DNA from: Anaerolineae bacterium
GTDB lineage: Bacteria > Chloroflexota > Anaerolineae > Aggregatilineales > Phototrophicaceae
DNA length: 58,387 nt
Assembly (NCBI GenBank): GCA_013821665.1
Contig: JACDGI010000001.1
Coordinates: forward strand, 1 to 58,387
Reading direction: 5' to 3'
Position numbers and translations under genes: made by a program. The notes below the pieces were generated by a model. It did no database searches, had not been told where the DNA came from, and saw nothing but the letters and a program-made list of their open reading frames with translations. This document shows positions 28,626 through 38,291 of the stretch, piece after piece (the first letter of the stretch is position 1; each line of letters opens with the position of its first letter).

Positions 28626-28668
28626 CGTTTTCCCCTTTATATAACAGAATACAAACCATAAGAAAGCG

Positions 28669-28697
28669 AAAAAAGGGCCGAAGTTGCCTTCAGCCTT
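28669..28697 (-). terminator. Probable intrinsic terminator after the 28728-29150 gene
   Basis: GGGCCGAAG-TTGC-CTTCAGCCT stem preceded by A6 on + (U-tract on -). Confidence 0.5.
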
Positions 28698-28727
28698 GTA
28701 GAGAGGAGCGGAAGTATTTACAGACGG

Positions 28728-29150
28728 CTATCCGGCTTGAGCCATAAGACTTTGAATCTGACTATTCAAATCTCGCTCTCGGTGTAATTGTTCGCCCCAT
28801 TCGCGGAGTCGTCTGTTTTCATCCCGCAGTTCGTTGACTGTGATGTTCAGGTCATCTACCGGTTGTTTGCCAATCGCTGCATAACCTTGCTGCATCAAAA
28901 ACAGTGAACGCCATGTAGAGGGTATTCGTCCGAGGTAGCCCCATCGAACGAGCCGGTGAATATGATAGGAGATATGGCAAGTGGAAGTTATACCAACGCC
29001 CTGCCCTATTTCGCGCAAAGAAGGTGAACGCCCTTTAGAAAGGTGGTATTCATAAACAAAGTTCAGGATGGCCTGATGGCGTTCGCTGAGTTCGAGCGAT
29101 ACCGCGTTTTCTGCTTGGTGCATCCGTATGTCAGTAACAGTTCTGTCCAA
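28728..29150 (-). CDS. LexA-type DNA-binding protein with a C-terminal coiled coil
   Basis: LSERHQAILNFVYEYHLSKGRSPSLREIGQGVGITST..ISYHIHRLVRWGYL; start re-called at TTG 29150 after GAGGA (uncertain). Confidence 0.8.
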   Translation of the reverse strand: MDRTVTDIRMHQAENAVSLELSERHQAILNFVYEYHLSKGRSPSLREIGQGVGITSTCHISYHIHRLVRWGYLGRIPSTWRSLFLMQQGYAAIGKQPVDDLNITVNELRDENRRLREWGEQLHRERDLNSQIQSLMAQAG

Positions 29151-29604
29151 GTTGTCTTCCTCATCCACATAACAAAAAGTAAATACTAGGACTGTAACAG
29201 TACGTCCATTTGTTCTATTAGTAAAGACGGGAAATGGTACGAACTTGGTTTGAAAACAGTATGAATATTTGTTCTGATGGAAATCTATCAAAAAGAGGAG
29301 AAGTTTGTTGTTCTATGCTGATTAAAAAAATATCGGGGGTAATATATGGGCAAATTATCAGCTGAAGATGTGGCATTCTAGAGGATTTCAATTTGGCAAG
29401 AAGTAACCTGTTTCCTCAGTAGTTTATATTCAATCTTTGAGCAGACTGAAATCTCCAAAACCGTTCTGACCGAGAAAATAGCCAATGTTCACAACAAACC
29501 TAGCATAACTATACCTCAGCAATTTTTAATCCTCAGAAGTTAATAGCCCTACCCTGTTATCTTTACGCTAAGTTTAGTGAAAATCTAAAACAAGTAACAT
29601 AAGC

Positions 29605-30054
29605 CTATTTTTCATCCTTCTGTTCTTTAAGAATTTGATAACGGGTCTTCCATTCAGAGGCTTCCCGTGTCAATTCGTCTATCCGTTTTTCATAACGTGA
29701 TTGCTGTTCTTGATTAGTTGTTCGAAGTAACTCTACTGTGTCTTCCAAGGATTTAACTTTCGCATAAATTGCTAATGCTGTTTCACCTTCTAGCGGCTCA
29801 TTTCCCATACGAGGCAGGTTCTCATCCCGTTCTCCCCCAGCTAGACGAGCGCGGATTTCTTCAAACGTAAATTTATCTCGATTACGGAACCCAGCGATAG
29901 TATTGGCGATGACTTGATCGTCCCAACCGTATTCTCGGCGCGCTCGATTTTCCCCACGAGCATCTGTGCTAAAAAAATCAGAGAACATATCTGTCCAAGT
30001 GCGGATAGTGTCAGAGTGAACTCCTAACATTGCGGCCAGCTTCCCTGCTTGCAT
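29605..30054 (-). CDS. MerR-type HTH protein with a coiled coil
   Basis: AGKLAAMLGVHSDTIRTW...RREY; C-terminal coiled coil. Confidence 0.8.
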   Translation of the reverse strand: MQAGKLAAMLGVHSDTIRTWTDMFSDFFSTDARGENRARREYGWDDQVIANTIAGFRNRDKFTFEEIRARLAGGERDENLPRMGNEPLEGETALAIYAKVKSLEDTVELLRTTNQEQQSRYEKRIDELTREASEWKTRYQILKEQKDEK

Positions 30055-30195
30055 ATAACTGACTCTTTCTCTATTAGACGAATTGTACTTGCATATCGGC
30101 TACTAGAGAAATATACTACGAGTTATATAAGCAAGCAAGAGTAGACGCTCCTAAGTGCGACACGCACTAAGGGCGACAACAAATCGGAGTACATA

Positions 30196-30666
30196 ATGGC
30201 CGCTAAGAAGAAATCTTTAGTGAAGCGCAAACCAGTTCCACGTCACGCTCGGAAGTATCTATTCCGCAATGACCATCCGGTGGATCAGCATGTTGAAGGC
30301 ATCCTCAACTACTGGAGAAGTGGAAAGCAAGAGATCACCAATCTCCGTAAGGCCGTCGCGCTCTATTATGCCTTGGAGCAGGGCGATCTACCTGCGTTGT
30401 TCGATGCCTTCCCACAATATAAAACACAGTTTGCTCCTAGCACAGCCGAGGCGCTGGAACAGTTCATGCAAATTCTAAAACAACAGCAAGTGGTACAAGC
30501 GCCAGAACCAGCGGCAGGTTCCAAGCAAATCGCTGCGCCCAGCTTTGCCATGCCTGTCTTTGAAGACGACGACCAACCGACCCTGATCTTTAAGAAAGTA
30601 ACAGAAACAGAAAATGGCAGTTCACTTAACTTTATCAATATGTCGAAGCAACTTATAAAGAAGTAA
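30196..30666 (+). CDS. Hypothetical protein, candidate ParR-like adaptor
   Basis: 156 aa, GGAG RBS, basic N-terminus, directly upstream of and co-oriented with parM. Confidence 0.55.
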   Translation: MAAKKKSLVKRKPVPRHARKYLFRNDHPVDQHVEGILNYWRSGKQEITNLRKAVALYYALEQGDLPALFDAFPQYKTQFAPSTAEALEQFMQILKQQQVVQAPEPAAGSKQIAAPSFAMPVFEDDDQPTLIFKKVTETENGSSLNFINMSKQLIKK

Positions 30667-30723
30667 TGCAAAACCACGCTGCTGACCAACGCGGTTTCGT
30701 AGACCAACCGAGTTTAAAGGAGA

Positions 30724-31824
30724 TTGATCTTGTCTGATTATATCGCCAGTGTGGATGCGGGCAATGGGGGAACGAACGCTGTCCTTGCACTTGCCAAAGG
30801 CTATAAGAGTTTCTATGAGCCTTCCGTCCGGGCGGCTGCTTCCGGTGACAGCCTTGGATTAGGGAAGGGCTTGGAATTGGAATACGATTATGTCGATTGG
30901 GATGGGCATCGTTATGTCACAGGGGATGATGTGATACGGGTAACCCGTCGCCAACTGGAACACCATATTGGCGCAAACCGCTATGGCAACGAAATGCACC
31001 AGATGTTGGTCGCTCATGCGCTGGCGCGGCTGGGCATTAAGTCAGGGACAGTGGATTTGACCTTATTCGCACCACCCGGTTTATACAATGACCTAAAAGG
31101 CTTCATTCATGACCGCTTTAGTCAAAAGGGCGGGAAGGTTGAAATCAGCCTCAAAGGGGATAAGAAACCCCGCAAGTTCCAGTATGACAACGTGACGGTG
31201 TGGCCGGAAGGTATTGGTGCAGCAGCCTGTTTTGTCCTCGATGACAAAGGCGATCTCGCCCCGTCCAATGTATTGGATGGTGAAGTTGTTATTCTCGACC
31301 TTGGCGCACACACGCTCGACGCACTGCAATTCACCAACGGCAACTTCAACGCTGAAAGTTTGCAACATGCCACATGGGAAGCCGGTGGTGTGCATGTGCA
31401 TATTCGGGAACCGATACTGCAAGCCGTCAAGAAACAACTCGGTAACGATGCTGCCCGTATTACCGTGGATGATATTGATCGTATCATTCGACTTGGTAGT
31501 GTCAGCGGTGACTACATTTTGACCGTCGCTGGACTACAAGCCGATCTGAAACCGCTGTTAGATCGCTACTGTGAACGCTATGCCGAGTGGGTGTCCAATA
31601 ACATTGCCGACGGCGTGTTTGATGGCTTTCGTGGTATCAAGTCGGTGATCTTAGTGGGCGGCGGGGCAGGGCTGATCGAACCCTACCTGAGCAAGCAAAG
31701 CTGGTATGGTAGCAAGATCCTAGATCGCAAAACGCACAAGACTGCCAAGGATTTACATCCGGTTGACATGAATGCGGTCGGTGGTTTACGTTTCGCGCTC
31801 AACCATTTGAAAGAAGGAACTTAA
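30724..31824 (+). CDS. parM: ParM/StbA-family actin-like plasmid segregation ATPase
   Basis: Actin-fold motifs SVDAGNGGTN (phosphate 1), VWPEGIGAA, ILDLGAHTLD (phosphate 2), ILVGGGA (adenosine), MNAVGG. Confidence 0.9.
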   Translation: MILSDYIASVDAGNGGTNAVLALAKGYKSFYEPSVRAAASGDSLGLGKGLELEYDYVDWDGHRYVTGDDVIRVTRRQLEHHIGANRYGNEMHQMLVAHALARLGIKSGTVDLTLFAPPGLYNDLKGFIHDRFSQKGGKVEISLKGDKKPRKFQYDNVTVWPEGIGAAACFVLDDKGDLAPSNVLDGEVVILDLGAHTLDALQFTNGNFNAESLQHATWEAGGVHVHIREPILQAVKKQLGNDAARITVDDIDRIIRLGSVSGDYILTVAGLQADLKPLLDRYCERYAEWVSNNIADGVFDGFRGIKSVILVGGGAGLIEPYLSKQSWYGSKILDRKTHKTAKDLHPVDMNAVGGLRFALNHLKEGT

Positions 31825-31960
31825 AAACAAAAATGAATCATTTCTATGAGATGATTAACAAAGATAATGACACACTGATAGTGTAGGTGAATGTCAGAAA
31901 CTTTGTCACGGCGATTCGAAGTATGCCATAATCGACCACAGGGTAGATAAGGAACACGAT

Positions 31961-32506
31961 ATGCTAAACGTGCAACCTGTAACCAAAGAACAATTCTACG
32001 AATTTGCTTTACGGCCTGAAAATCGGGACCGCAACTTCGAATACATTGCAGGGGAGATTGTGGAAGTGGTATCCAATAGTAAGTCGTCAACTGACGGGCT
32101 TTCATTAACCTCAGAAGTTCGAGTTTATGTTAAAAGGAATAAATTGGGGCGCTGCACCGGAGCAGATGGCGGTTATAGCGTATCGGGCGAAGATTATATT
32201 CCCGATGGCGCGTTCATGTCCTATGCTCGACAACCGGTACAACCCAGCGTTGCTTATAATCCGTTAGCGCCTGACCTTGCCATTGAAATGTTGTCACCCG
32301 GCAACACAAAAGATGAAATGACCCACAAGATCGGCAACTACATGGCAGCGGATACAGTGGTTTGGGTGGGCAATCCTGAAACCAAGATTATCGACGTGTA
32401 CGTTCCCGGACAGCCTGTTAAGCGTTTGCGAGTAGGAGATGTATTGGAGGGCGGCGACGTACTGCCCGGCTTTCGTTTAGCAATTGCCGATATTTTCGAG
32501 GATTAG
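31961..32506 (+). CDS. Uma2-family putative endonuclease
   Basis: EYIAGEIVEV, IPDGAF, APDLAIEMLSPGN, VVWVGNP, VLPGFRLAIADIF. Confidence 0.92.
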   Translation: MLNVQPVTKEQFYEFALRPENRDRNFEYIAGEIVEVVSNSKSSTDGLSLTSEVRVYVKRNKLGRCTGADGGYSVSGEDYIPDGAFMSYARQPVQPSVAYNPLAPDLAIEMLSPGNTKDEMTHKIGNYMAADTVVWVGNPETKIIDVYVPGQPVKRLRVGDVLEGGDVLPGFRLAIADIFED

Positions 32507-32649
32507 GGCTTGTTCAAGCAACAGCCGATGATCCGATGCGTTTTTTGCCATTCCGGATCTCGTTCAACCCAGAACGGTACCTGCGATTAACCCTGAAATA
32601 TCAAGTGGAAAGAATTGATGCCCATTAAATAAAACATTTGAAAAAATCA

Positions 32650-33004
32650 GGGTACAAATGGGTAGAGTGGGCAGTTATTTGTACTTGGCACTACCGGAAT
32701 TAAAGGCAGGTTAGGGCAGCCCAGTATTAGTTCCGTAGGAAAAGTGAAATTTTCCATAGGCCAGCCTGTAAAATTCAGTTGCGTGACTTACGGGGTGGGG
32801 CTATACTCAGCTTTAACAGTCCCATAATGCAAAACGACGAGGTGGTACTCGTCGCCGTGCAGAAGCCTTTAGGTTTCAAGGGACTGCCGAACTCGTGCGA
32901 GGAGTCCGACGATGTACCCAATTATAACACAAAATGGGTACAGCCACCTGAGTTTAATCAACACAGGAGCGTCACTCTCAAATGAGTTGGCGCTCTTTTT
33001 ATTT
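32650..33004 (+). ncRNA. Candidate structured RNA/leader upstream of the rep gene, ending in an intrinsic terminator
   Basis: At least seven stems in about 350 nt (e.g. GGAAAA/TTTTCC, CGACGAG/CTCGTCG, GGACT/AGTCC, TGTACCCA/TGGGTACA); no family recognised. Confidence 0.4.
32967..33004 (+). terminator. Intrinsic terminator
   Basis: GAGCGTCA-CTC...GAG-T-TGGCGCTC stem followed by TTTTTATTT. Confidence 0.7.
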
Positions 33005-33222
33005 GTCCACATGGAGTGATATGCACTAAATAGGAATGTGTCCCAAAACAGAAAAGGGACACTACAGGTGTGCGAACACCATCACTGACCCTATAAAAGC
33101 GAAATGCCTTCCCCGACCCTGACAAGTTCGAGAAGGCATTCATCAAACCGCCGGGGCGGCTTAATAAACGCTCGCCCGGACATTTCGTTATCTCTTTACA
33201 TGATAACGAAGATGTTTCGTGT

Positions 33223-35289
33223 GTGCAAGTCAAATCCGGCAGTCTGGGATTTGATTTGTCATTTTCTAATCGTTCTCAAACGTTATTAACACTGGCTGAG
33301 GCCTATTTTTACCTTGGCTACTCGGTGATTCCGCTGCTGGGCGACCTGGATGCTGCCCGTTCCAAAGCACCCGCGCTGCCGTGGTCAGGCTTCCAAAGCA
33401 CCCGCGCGACTGTAAATGACTATGAGCAGTGGTTTTCTGAAAGCCGTTTTGCGGGCCTCGGCATCGTCACCGGACGCGTCAGCCAATTGGTCGTGCTGGA
33501 TTTCGACTCTGAAGCCATCTTCAACGCCTTCAAAGCCCAATATCCCGACTTACTCGAAACCCACACCGTCCGCTCGGCAGGGCGCGGTCTGCCGCATCTG
33601 TATTTCAAACTACCGGATCAACTGCACGTCGGTAGTCAAAAAGGGCAGGGTATTGATCTCCTTTCCAATGGTCGTTATGTGGTCGCACCGCCCACCCTCA
33701 TCAACGGTCAGGCTTACCGCGTCACACGCGGCGGGCAGCCGCGGCCCTTAACCGAACGGGATATTCGCCACATCCAGTCGTTTATGAAATCCTGCCGGGT
33801 GCCGCAGCCGGTCGCGCCGTCCGTACAGGCCGCCGCAGCGCCTATAAAAGCCAGCCAGCACGATCTTTGCAGCCTTTATCATTATCTTTGCCAGCACAAT
33901 GGCCGCAACGAAGCCTTATTTCGCACCAGTTTGTTCGCCCGTGATACCGGCTGGCAACAATCCGAAGTGCTCAGCACATTGGTCCAACTCCACAGCCAAC
34001 AAACGACCCGCGGTGGTCATCCACAAGAAACAGCGGCACAGCGGCAGCACGAAGCCCAACGCACCATCCGCAGCGCCTTCTCACGACCGGCAGCTTCACG
34101 CCGGCAGGCACGGCAAACTGCCAGCACCGATCAACTGCCGAACAGTGTGCGCGAGGCCCTCATGCAGCGCAAAATGACCTATGCCGTTCGCACCCTGGAA
34201 GGACTGCTGCTGGCTGGCATACGTTCTGGTCGGGTTTTCAGCACTCAACAGGCTGAATCGACATTGAAAAGATTAGTCGGTCGAGACTCGATCCACAAAA
34301 CCCTGCAGTGGCTCGCCTATCCGGAAGGCATCCACTCCCCCGTTAACCCCCGCCAGAACGCTCACGCGTTTGCGGCATCCAAAATACGATTGAATAACAA
34401 AAAATGCTTTTTGTTACCGAAAAGAAATCAGGAAAAACCCCAAAATGGACGACCTCAGAATTGGTACCGCATGCCCGACATCCCGGATTTATGTGCGCTT
34501 CTGGGTGTCGACCTATCGAACAGTGATCCTTTGCAGCCTACCGATCTGGCCAGCGCCCATCAAACACGCATGGCGCTGCATCGTGAATTGATCAAACGGC
34601 GCCCGGCTGAATACAGCCGCCGTTGGCTGGCAGCCCGGTTAGGGGTCAGCCTACCGACCATCAACAGCTATAACCGCGACCTACCCATTCATTCCCGCCC
34701 AACCTACAGCGAAACCGCTATTCGCTGGGACAATATCGAGCGCTTACCCTTTGATGAACCCCTGAGAGGCGCCTTTTTAGTCACTCCCAATGGTAAAAAG
34801 TTTCCCGCGCTGCGCCTCATCGCTTCGCGGCTGTTAGCCAACGGAGAAGCCCTTTGCCTCAAAGAGCAGGGGAGAAATTTCTATTGGTACGGCGACGATC
34901 CACCCTCAATTAAGCCTGTAGCAGCGATCCAGGAACAGCAGCAGCCTGCGGTCACTTTCGCGGGCAGCCCGCTGCTTGACATCCAGCCGCTTGCTTGCAA
35001 ACCCATCTCGACTGTCAATCCAACGCCGCTCAAGCCCGGCCAGCCAGCACCAACCCACTTCCATAAGCCGTTGGCCGATACCCGTCGAGAAGCACTGGCC
35101 GATCAAATCTACACCTTCATCAATGACATGGGTCAGAAAACCATCAGCCGCGCTACGGCCCGCCGCCTAACCCACCTGCAGCCTGAAAGCCGCGTACGAG
35201 CCGCCCTCGACCGGCTTCAGCAGCGCAGGACCGTCACCAATCCAACCGGCTTCTTGACGGTCCTTTTACGATCAAAACACGAAATATGA
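33223..35289 (+). CDS. Bifunctional primase-polymerase (Prim-Pol) domain replication protein
   Basis: YFYLGYSVIPL...KAPALPW..FQ, GLGIVTGRVSQLVVLDFD, TVRSAGRGLPHLYF, GIDL.SNGRYVVAPPT; PriCT-like GRNEALF; later HTH SRRWLAARLGVSLPTINSY. Confidence 0.88.
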   Translation: MQVKSGSLGFDLSFSNRSQTLLTLAEAYFYLGYSVIPLLGDLDAARSKAPALPWSGFQSTRATVNDYEQWFSESRFAGLGIVTGRVSQLVVLDFDSEAIFNAFKAQYPDLLETHTVRSAGRGLPHLYFKLPDQLHVGSQKGQGIDLLSNGRYVVAPPTLINGQAYRVTRGGQPRPLTERDIRHIQSFMKSCRVPQPVAPSVQAAAAPIKASQHDLCSLYHYLCQHNGRNEALFRTSLFARDTGWQQSEVLSTLVQLHSQQTTRGGHPQETAAQRQHEAQRTIRSAFSRPAASRRQARQTASTDQLPNSVREALMQRKMTYAVRTLEGLLLAGIRSGRVFSTQQAESTLKRLVGRDSIHKTLQWLAYPEGIHSPVNPRQNAHAFAASKIRLNNKKCFLLPKRNQEKPQNGRPQNWYRMPDIPDLCALLGVDLSNSDPLQPTDLASAHQTRMALHRELIKRRPAEYSRRWLAARLGVSLPTINSYNRDLPIHSRPTYSETAIRWDNIERLPFDEPLRGAFLVTPNGKKFPALRLIASRLLANGEALCLKEQGRNFYWYGDDPPSIKPVAAIQEQQQPAVTFAGSPLLDIQPLACKPISTVNPTPLKPGQPAPTHFHKPLADTRREALADQIYTFINDMGQKTISRATARRLTHLQPESRVRAALDRLQQRRTVTNPTGFLTVLLRSKHEI

Positions 35290-35316
35290 GGCACATTGGT
35301 TCGGACAAATGCTTAC

Positions 35317-35685
35317 TCATTCTTCAGCAAGGTGCAGTAGTCGACGACCCCATCGGTCATCCCAACTTGTTTCATCCACTTTCTCCCGCATAGGGTAGTC
35401 ATTTTGGAAAGAGTTTGATGACTTTTGCTGAGATTTCAACCGTTCATCTGCGGTTTTGAATGTTGCTCTCCGCTGCATGTTGCTTAAACTCACCCTTATG
35501 GGCTCAAAGAGCTGCCGGTGGCAGATGACAAACTCATGCGATAAGACACCTATTACGCATCCCAACTCTGTAACGAGAGCGCCTATCGAAAAATAGTCGT
35601 CCAGAAAAGGATTAAACTTCTCGATGAAGCGTTCTCGGAAAGTTCGTTTATGGGGTAGAGGCGTGTTATCCTTTTGCGGCAACAT
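35317..35685 (-). CDS. Possible hypothetical protein
   Basis: ORF filling the gap between rep and the PHAX-domain gene; no motif. Confidence 0.3.
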   Translation of the reverse strand: MLPQKDNTPLPHKRTFRERFIEKFNPFLDDYFSIGALVTELGCVIGVLSHEFVICHRQLFEPIRVSLSNMQRRATFKTADERLKSQQKSSNSFQNDYPMREKVDETSWDDRWGRRLLHLAEE

Positions 35686-35712
35686 TCGCTGTGATCGACA
35701 ATCAACCACCCT

Positions 35713-36432
35713 ATGAATAAAGATAAACCACCCCATTCAGAAGCACACAAAGTGGCTCGAGAATTAGCCACTTTACTGGGCGAGAAACATCACGGTGTGA
35801 TCGGCCAAATCAGGCGCATGGTTCAACTGCGCGGCATTGATTTCAGTCGCGAGCTGTACGCTGCTACCCTGGCGATTGAAGCCAATGGCGGCCTGATGTT
35901 ACCCGACTATTCCCGCCGCCGTACGCCCGGCGGCGTCTTTCTGTATCTCGTTCGCTCCAGGCTCGATGCTGATCAGCGGCAGCAGGTTTTCTCGGGTCGT
36001 GCGAAGGCTGGCGTCCCACTTTTGTCCTGGACAAAACGGATCGCTATCATTCAATCCCTACAAAGCGGACAGGGAAAGATCGTGTCGCTAACCCTATCCC
36101 TCCGTGGCCGACCCGAACGGATTGAAAAAAGGGCTGAAGTCGTCATCCTAACCCTGTCTGATGAGCCCTCCATCGACAATTTACCGCGTGAAATCCCCAA
36201 ACCACCCGCCACACCGACTCGGGTTGTCGTTTATGTCGCCCTTGAACAGTGGAGGGCCGTTGAAGCGGCCCTTACAAATTCATCTGACCGGCTGCTCGTC
36301 GAAGGGAGTTGTGCTTTCGATCCGGCGATTAAGAGCGTGGTCGTATTTGCCACCTCAGTGCAGATTGAGGTTTTAAAGACCCATTCCCAAAAGACAGGTG
36401 ACAAGCCGCAGAAAACAAAGGCTAAAGCCTAA
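35713..36432 (+). CDS. PHAX RNA-binding-domain-containing protein
   Basis: TLAIEANGGLMLPDYSRRRTPGGVFLYLVR matches the PHAX (RNA_GG_bind) signature; C-terminal beta-rich OB-like domain. Confidence 0.82.
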   Translation: MNKDKPPHSEAHKVARELATLLGEKHHGVIGQIRRMVQLRGIDFSRELYAATLAIEANGGLMLPDYSRRRTPGGVFLYLVRSRLDADQRQQVFSGRAKAGVPLLSWTKRIAIIQSLQSGQGKIVSLTLSLRGRPERIEKRAEVVILTLSDEPSIDNLPREIPKPPATPTRVVVYVALEQWRAVEAALTNSSDRLLVEGSCAFDPAIKSVVVFATSVQIEVLKTHSQKTGDKPQKTKAKA

Positions 36433-36659
36433 AGAACGCCCAATAATGTCTTAATCGGTCATACAGGCAAACTTTTGAGGGTTAAGTCCCTACAGATCAC
36501 TGCTTTCAGCCAGGGATGATTGCGTGTAGCAAAATGTTAAACAATCCGGTTGAACAGGAACCTATGATCGCAAACAATAAGCGCAGGATTGGAAGTCAGC
36601 CGGGGATTACCGGACAGCCGCAACCGCGGGTTGATAATCATCTAAAAACGCGGGCAAAA

Positions 36660-37390
36660 TTGGTAAGGTGTCTGACAAAAGCATTCATCCTACTGGCCAA
36701 CCCGATTGTGATATGGCAATCATGAATGAAAGGTAAGTTTAGACGTGACATTAAAACGTCTGACGGCTCAGACCCCGTATTAAACGAACACACCCATTCT
36801 AGGCTGTGGAATGTCAGACACCCACGTATTTTTGCACCCGAAAGGCAGGTGGTGTGTTTGGTGGGCGCGATGAATCGCGTCCACGGGTGTGGTGGCACCT
36901 GGGTGCTACCACACCCATGCGGCGGACGCAGGCCGCTGCATCCAGCCCTCCGGCGCATGAGGAGCCAGCGCATTTAGCTGGCTTGCTACTCTGGAGGCAC
37001 AGGGACGTACACGACCACCTGTGAAGGAGGCGGCAGTGTCAAACTGCAAAGCCTCCAGAGTAGCGTCTTGCAGTGCCCGGCCTCTGCCGGTCACTTTTGT
37101 CATGTCCGAAGACATTGTCCTACATTCTGTACCATGAACATCGTCCTACAGTTTTAGAGGGGATAACATAGTTCCTGAGTTCAAATGGAGCATTGGGGTG
37201 TGGGACGATGTGTGTAGGACTCAACGTGGGATGATGTTCCCGGACACGACACTTTGGCAGCGAAGCGCGGTGAGAATTCTTGTCAGACAGAATATAATTG
37301 CGCCGAAGGATGGGTAGTCACTGGTCGTTAGGCATAGGCTGTCGGGCAGGTGGGAAAACGTGCTACAATGTGCGTCAGACAACATGGAGG
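36660..37390. repeat. Non-coding region with repeated YGTCNKACR palindromes and a run of GC-rich hairpins (candidate origin or partition site)
   Basis: TGTCTGACA 36669, CGTCTGACG 36757, TGTCAGACA 36812 and 37281, TGTCCTACA 37116, CGTCCTACA 37142, CGTCAGACA 37373; hairpins at about 36861-36985. Confidence 0.6.
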
Positions 37391-37396
37391 TGTTTT

Positions 37397-37660
37397 ATGG
37401 CGATCCAAAAAACAGCTGTTCATGAGCATCAGCTTACGGTTACACTTACAGAGGAAGAATACGAACTGCTCCAAGAATTTGCTGACGAGCAGGACATTGA
37501 AGATTTACGGCTTGCTCTTCCTGCTATGATCCACGCACTCAATCAAATGAGTGAGCAGCTATGGGATTCCCAATTTGCGCGGTCGCCCGAACTGCTCACA
37601 AAAATGGCACAAAAAGCCCTTGATGAGCATCAGGCAGGGCTTACCGAAGATATGCCGTAA
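37397..37660 (+). CDS. Putative antitoxin
   Basis: 87 aa acidic protein, GGAGG RBS, EQLWDSQFARS.ELL.KMAQKAL.EH.AG.TE motif, 2 nt upstream of the toxin. Confidence 0.75.
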   Translation: MAIQKTAVHEHQLTVTLTEEEYELLQEFADEQDIEDLRLALPAMIHALNQMSEQLWDSQFARSPELLTKMAQKALDEHQAGLTEDMP

Positions 37661-37662
37661 TT

Positions 37663-37932
37663 GTGAAATCAAGGCGTACTGCTGAATTCCACGATGTTTA
37701 TAACGCCCTGCCTAAAGGGATACAAAAGCGGGCTGATAAAGCCTATAAGTTATTTGAAGCAGATTCAAATCATCCGGGATTAAATTTCGAGCAACTCGAA
37801 CACGATCCAGTTTGGTATTCAGCGCGAATTACAATCCACTACCGCGCTCTTTGTACACGCAAGGATGATACATATGTATGGTTCTGGATCGGACACCACA
37901 CTGAGTATGACAAACTCATAAAAAATAGCTAA
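37663..37932 (+). CDS. RelE/ParE/HigB-superfamily toxin
   Basis: MKSRRT..F...Y.ALP..IQ..A.KAY.LF....HPGL.FE...SARIT.HYRAL....WFWIGHH.EYDKL. Confidence 0.85.
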   Translation: MKSRRTAEFHDVYNALPKGIQKRADKAYKLFEADSNHPGLNFEQLEHDPVWYSARITIHYRALCTRKDDTYVWFWIGHHTEYDKLIKNS

Positions 37933-38291
37933 GGATCGCAGGTTATTGGCGATGCGCTCCACTGGCTGCTAAGTTAGAGCCAAAAATGTCCCAGAATCGC
38001 GATTAGCTGGGTATTAATAGCCCAATTTGACCTTATCGGTCAACTGCTTTGACTCGATATATTCGGCATATTTCTCAGTAATTATTTCACTACCTGACTC
38101 CACTTACTCCATTGCGTGTATCTATACTGTACGTCTCCAAGACAAGTTGTTGAAAAGCAGTTAACCAAAAACGTTCCTATTTTTGCTAACTTTTGTTAAC
38201 CGAAAAAGGAATACGTTTTCAGTATAAGAAATCAGCTTGTAGAGGGAATATAAATATTGGGGAAGGGGAGACTGAATTATCTAACTGATTG

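Noticed and set aside
32790-32860. Resemblance to a tmRNA 5' end/resume region or a T-box (GGGGCTATACTC..., GCAAAACGACGA, AGGTGGTACT)
   Set aside because: No tRNA-like 3' end with T-loop and CCA; the T-box UGGNACC bulge is not matched
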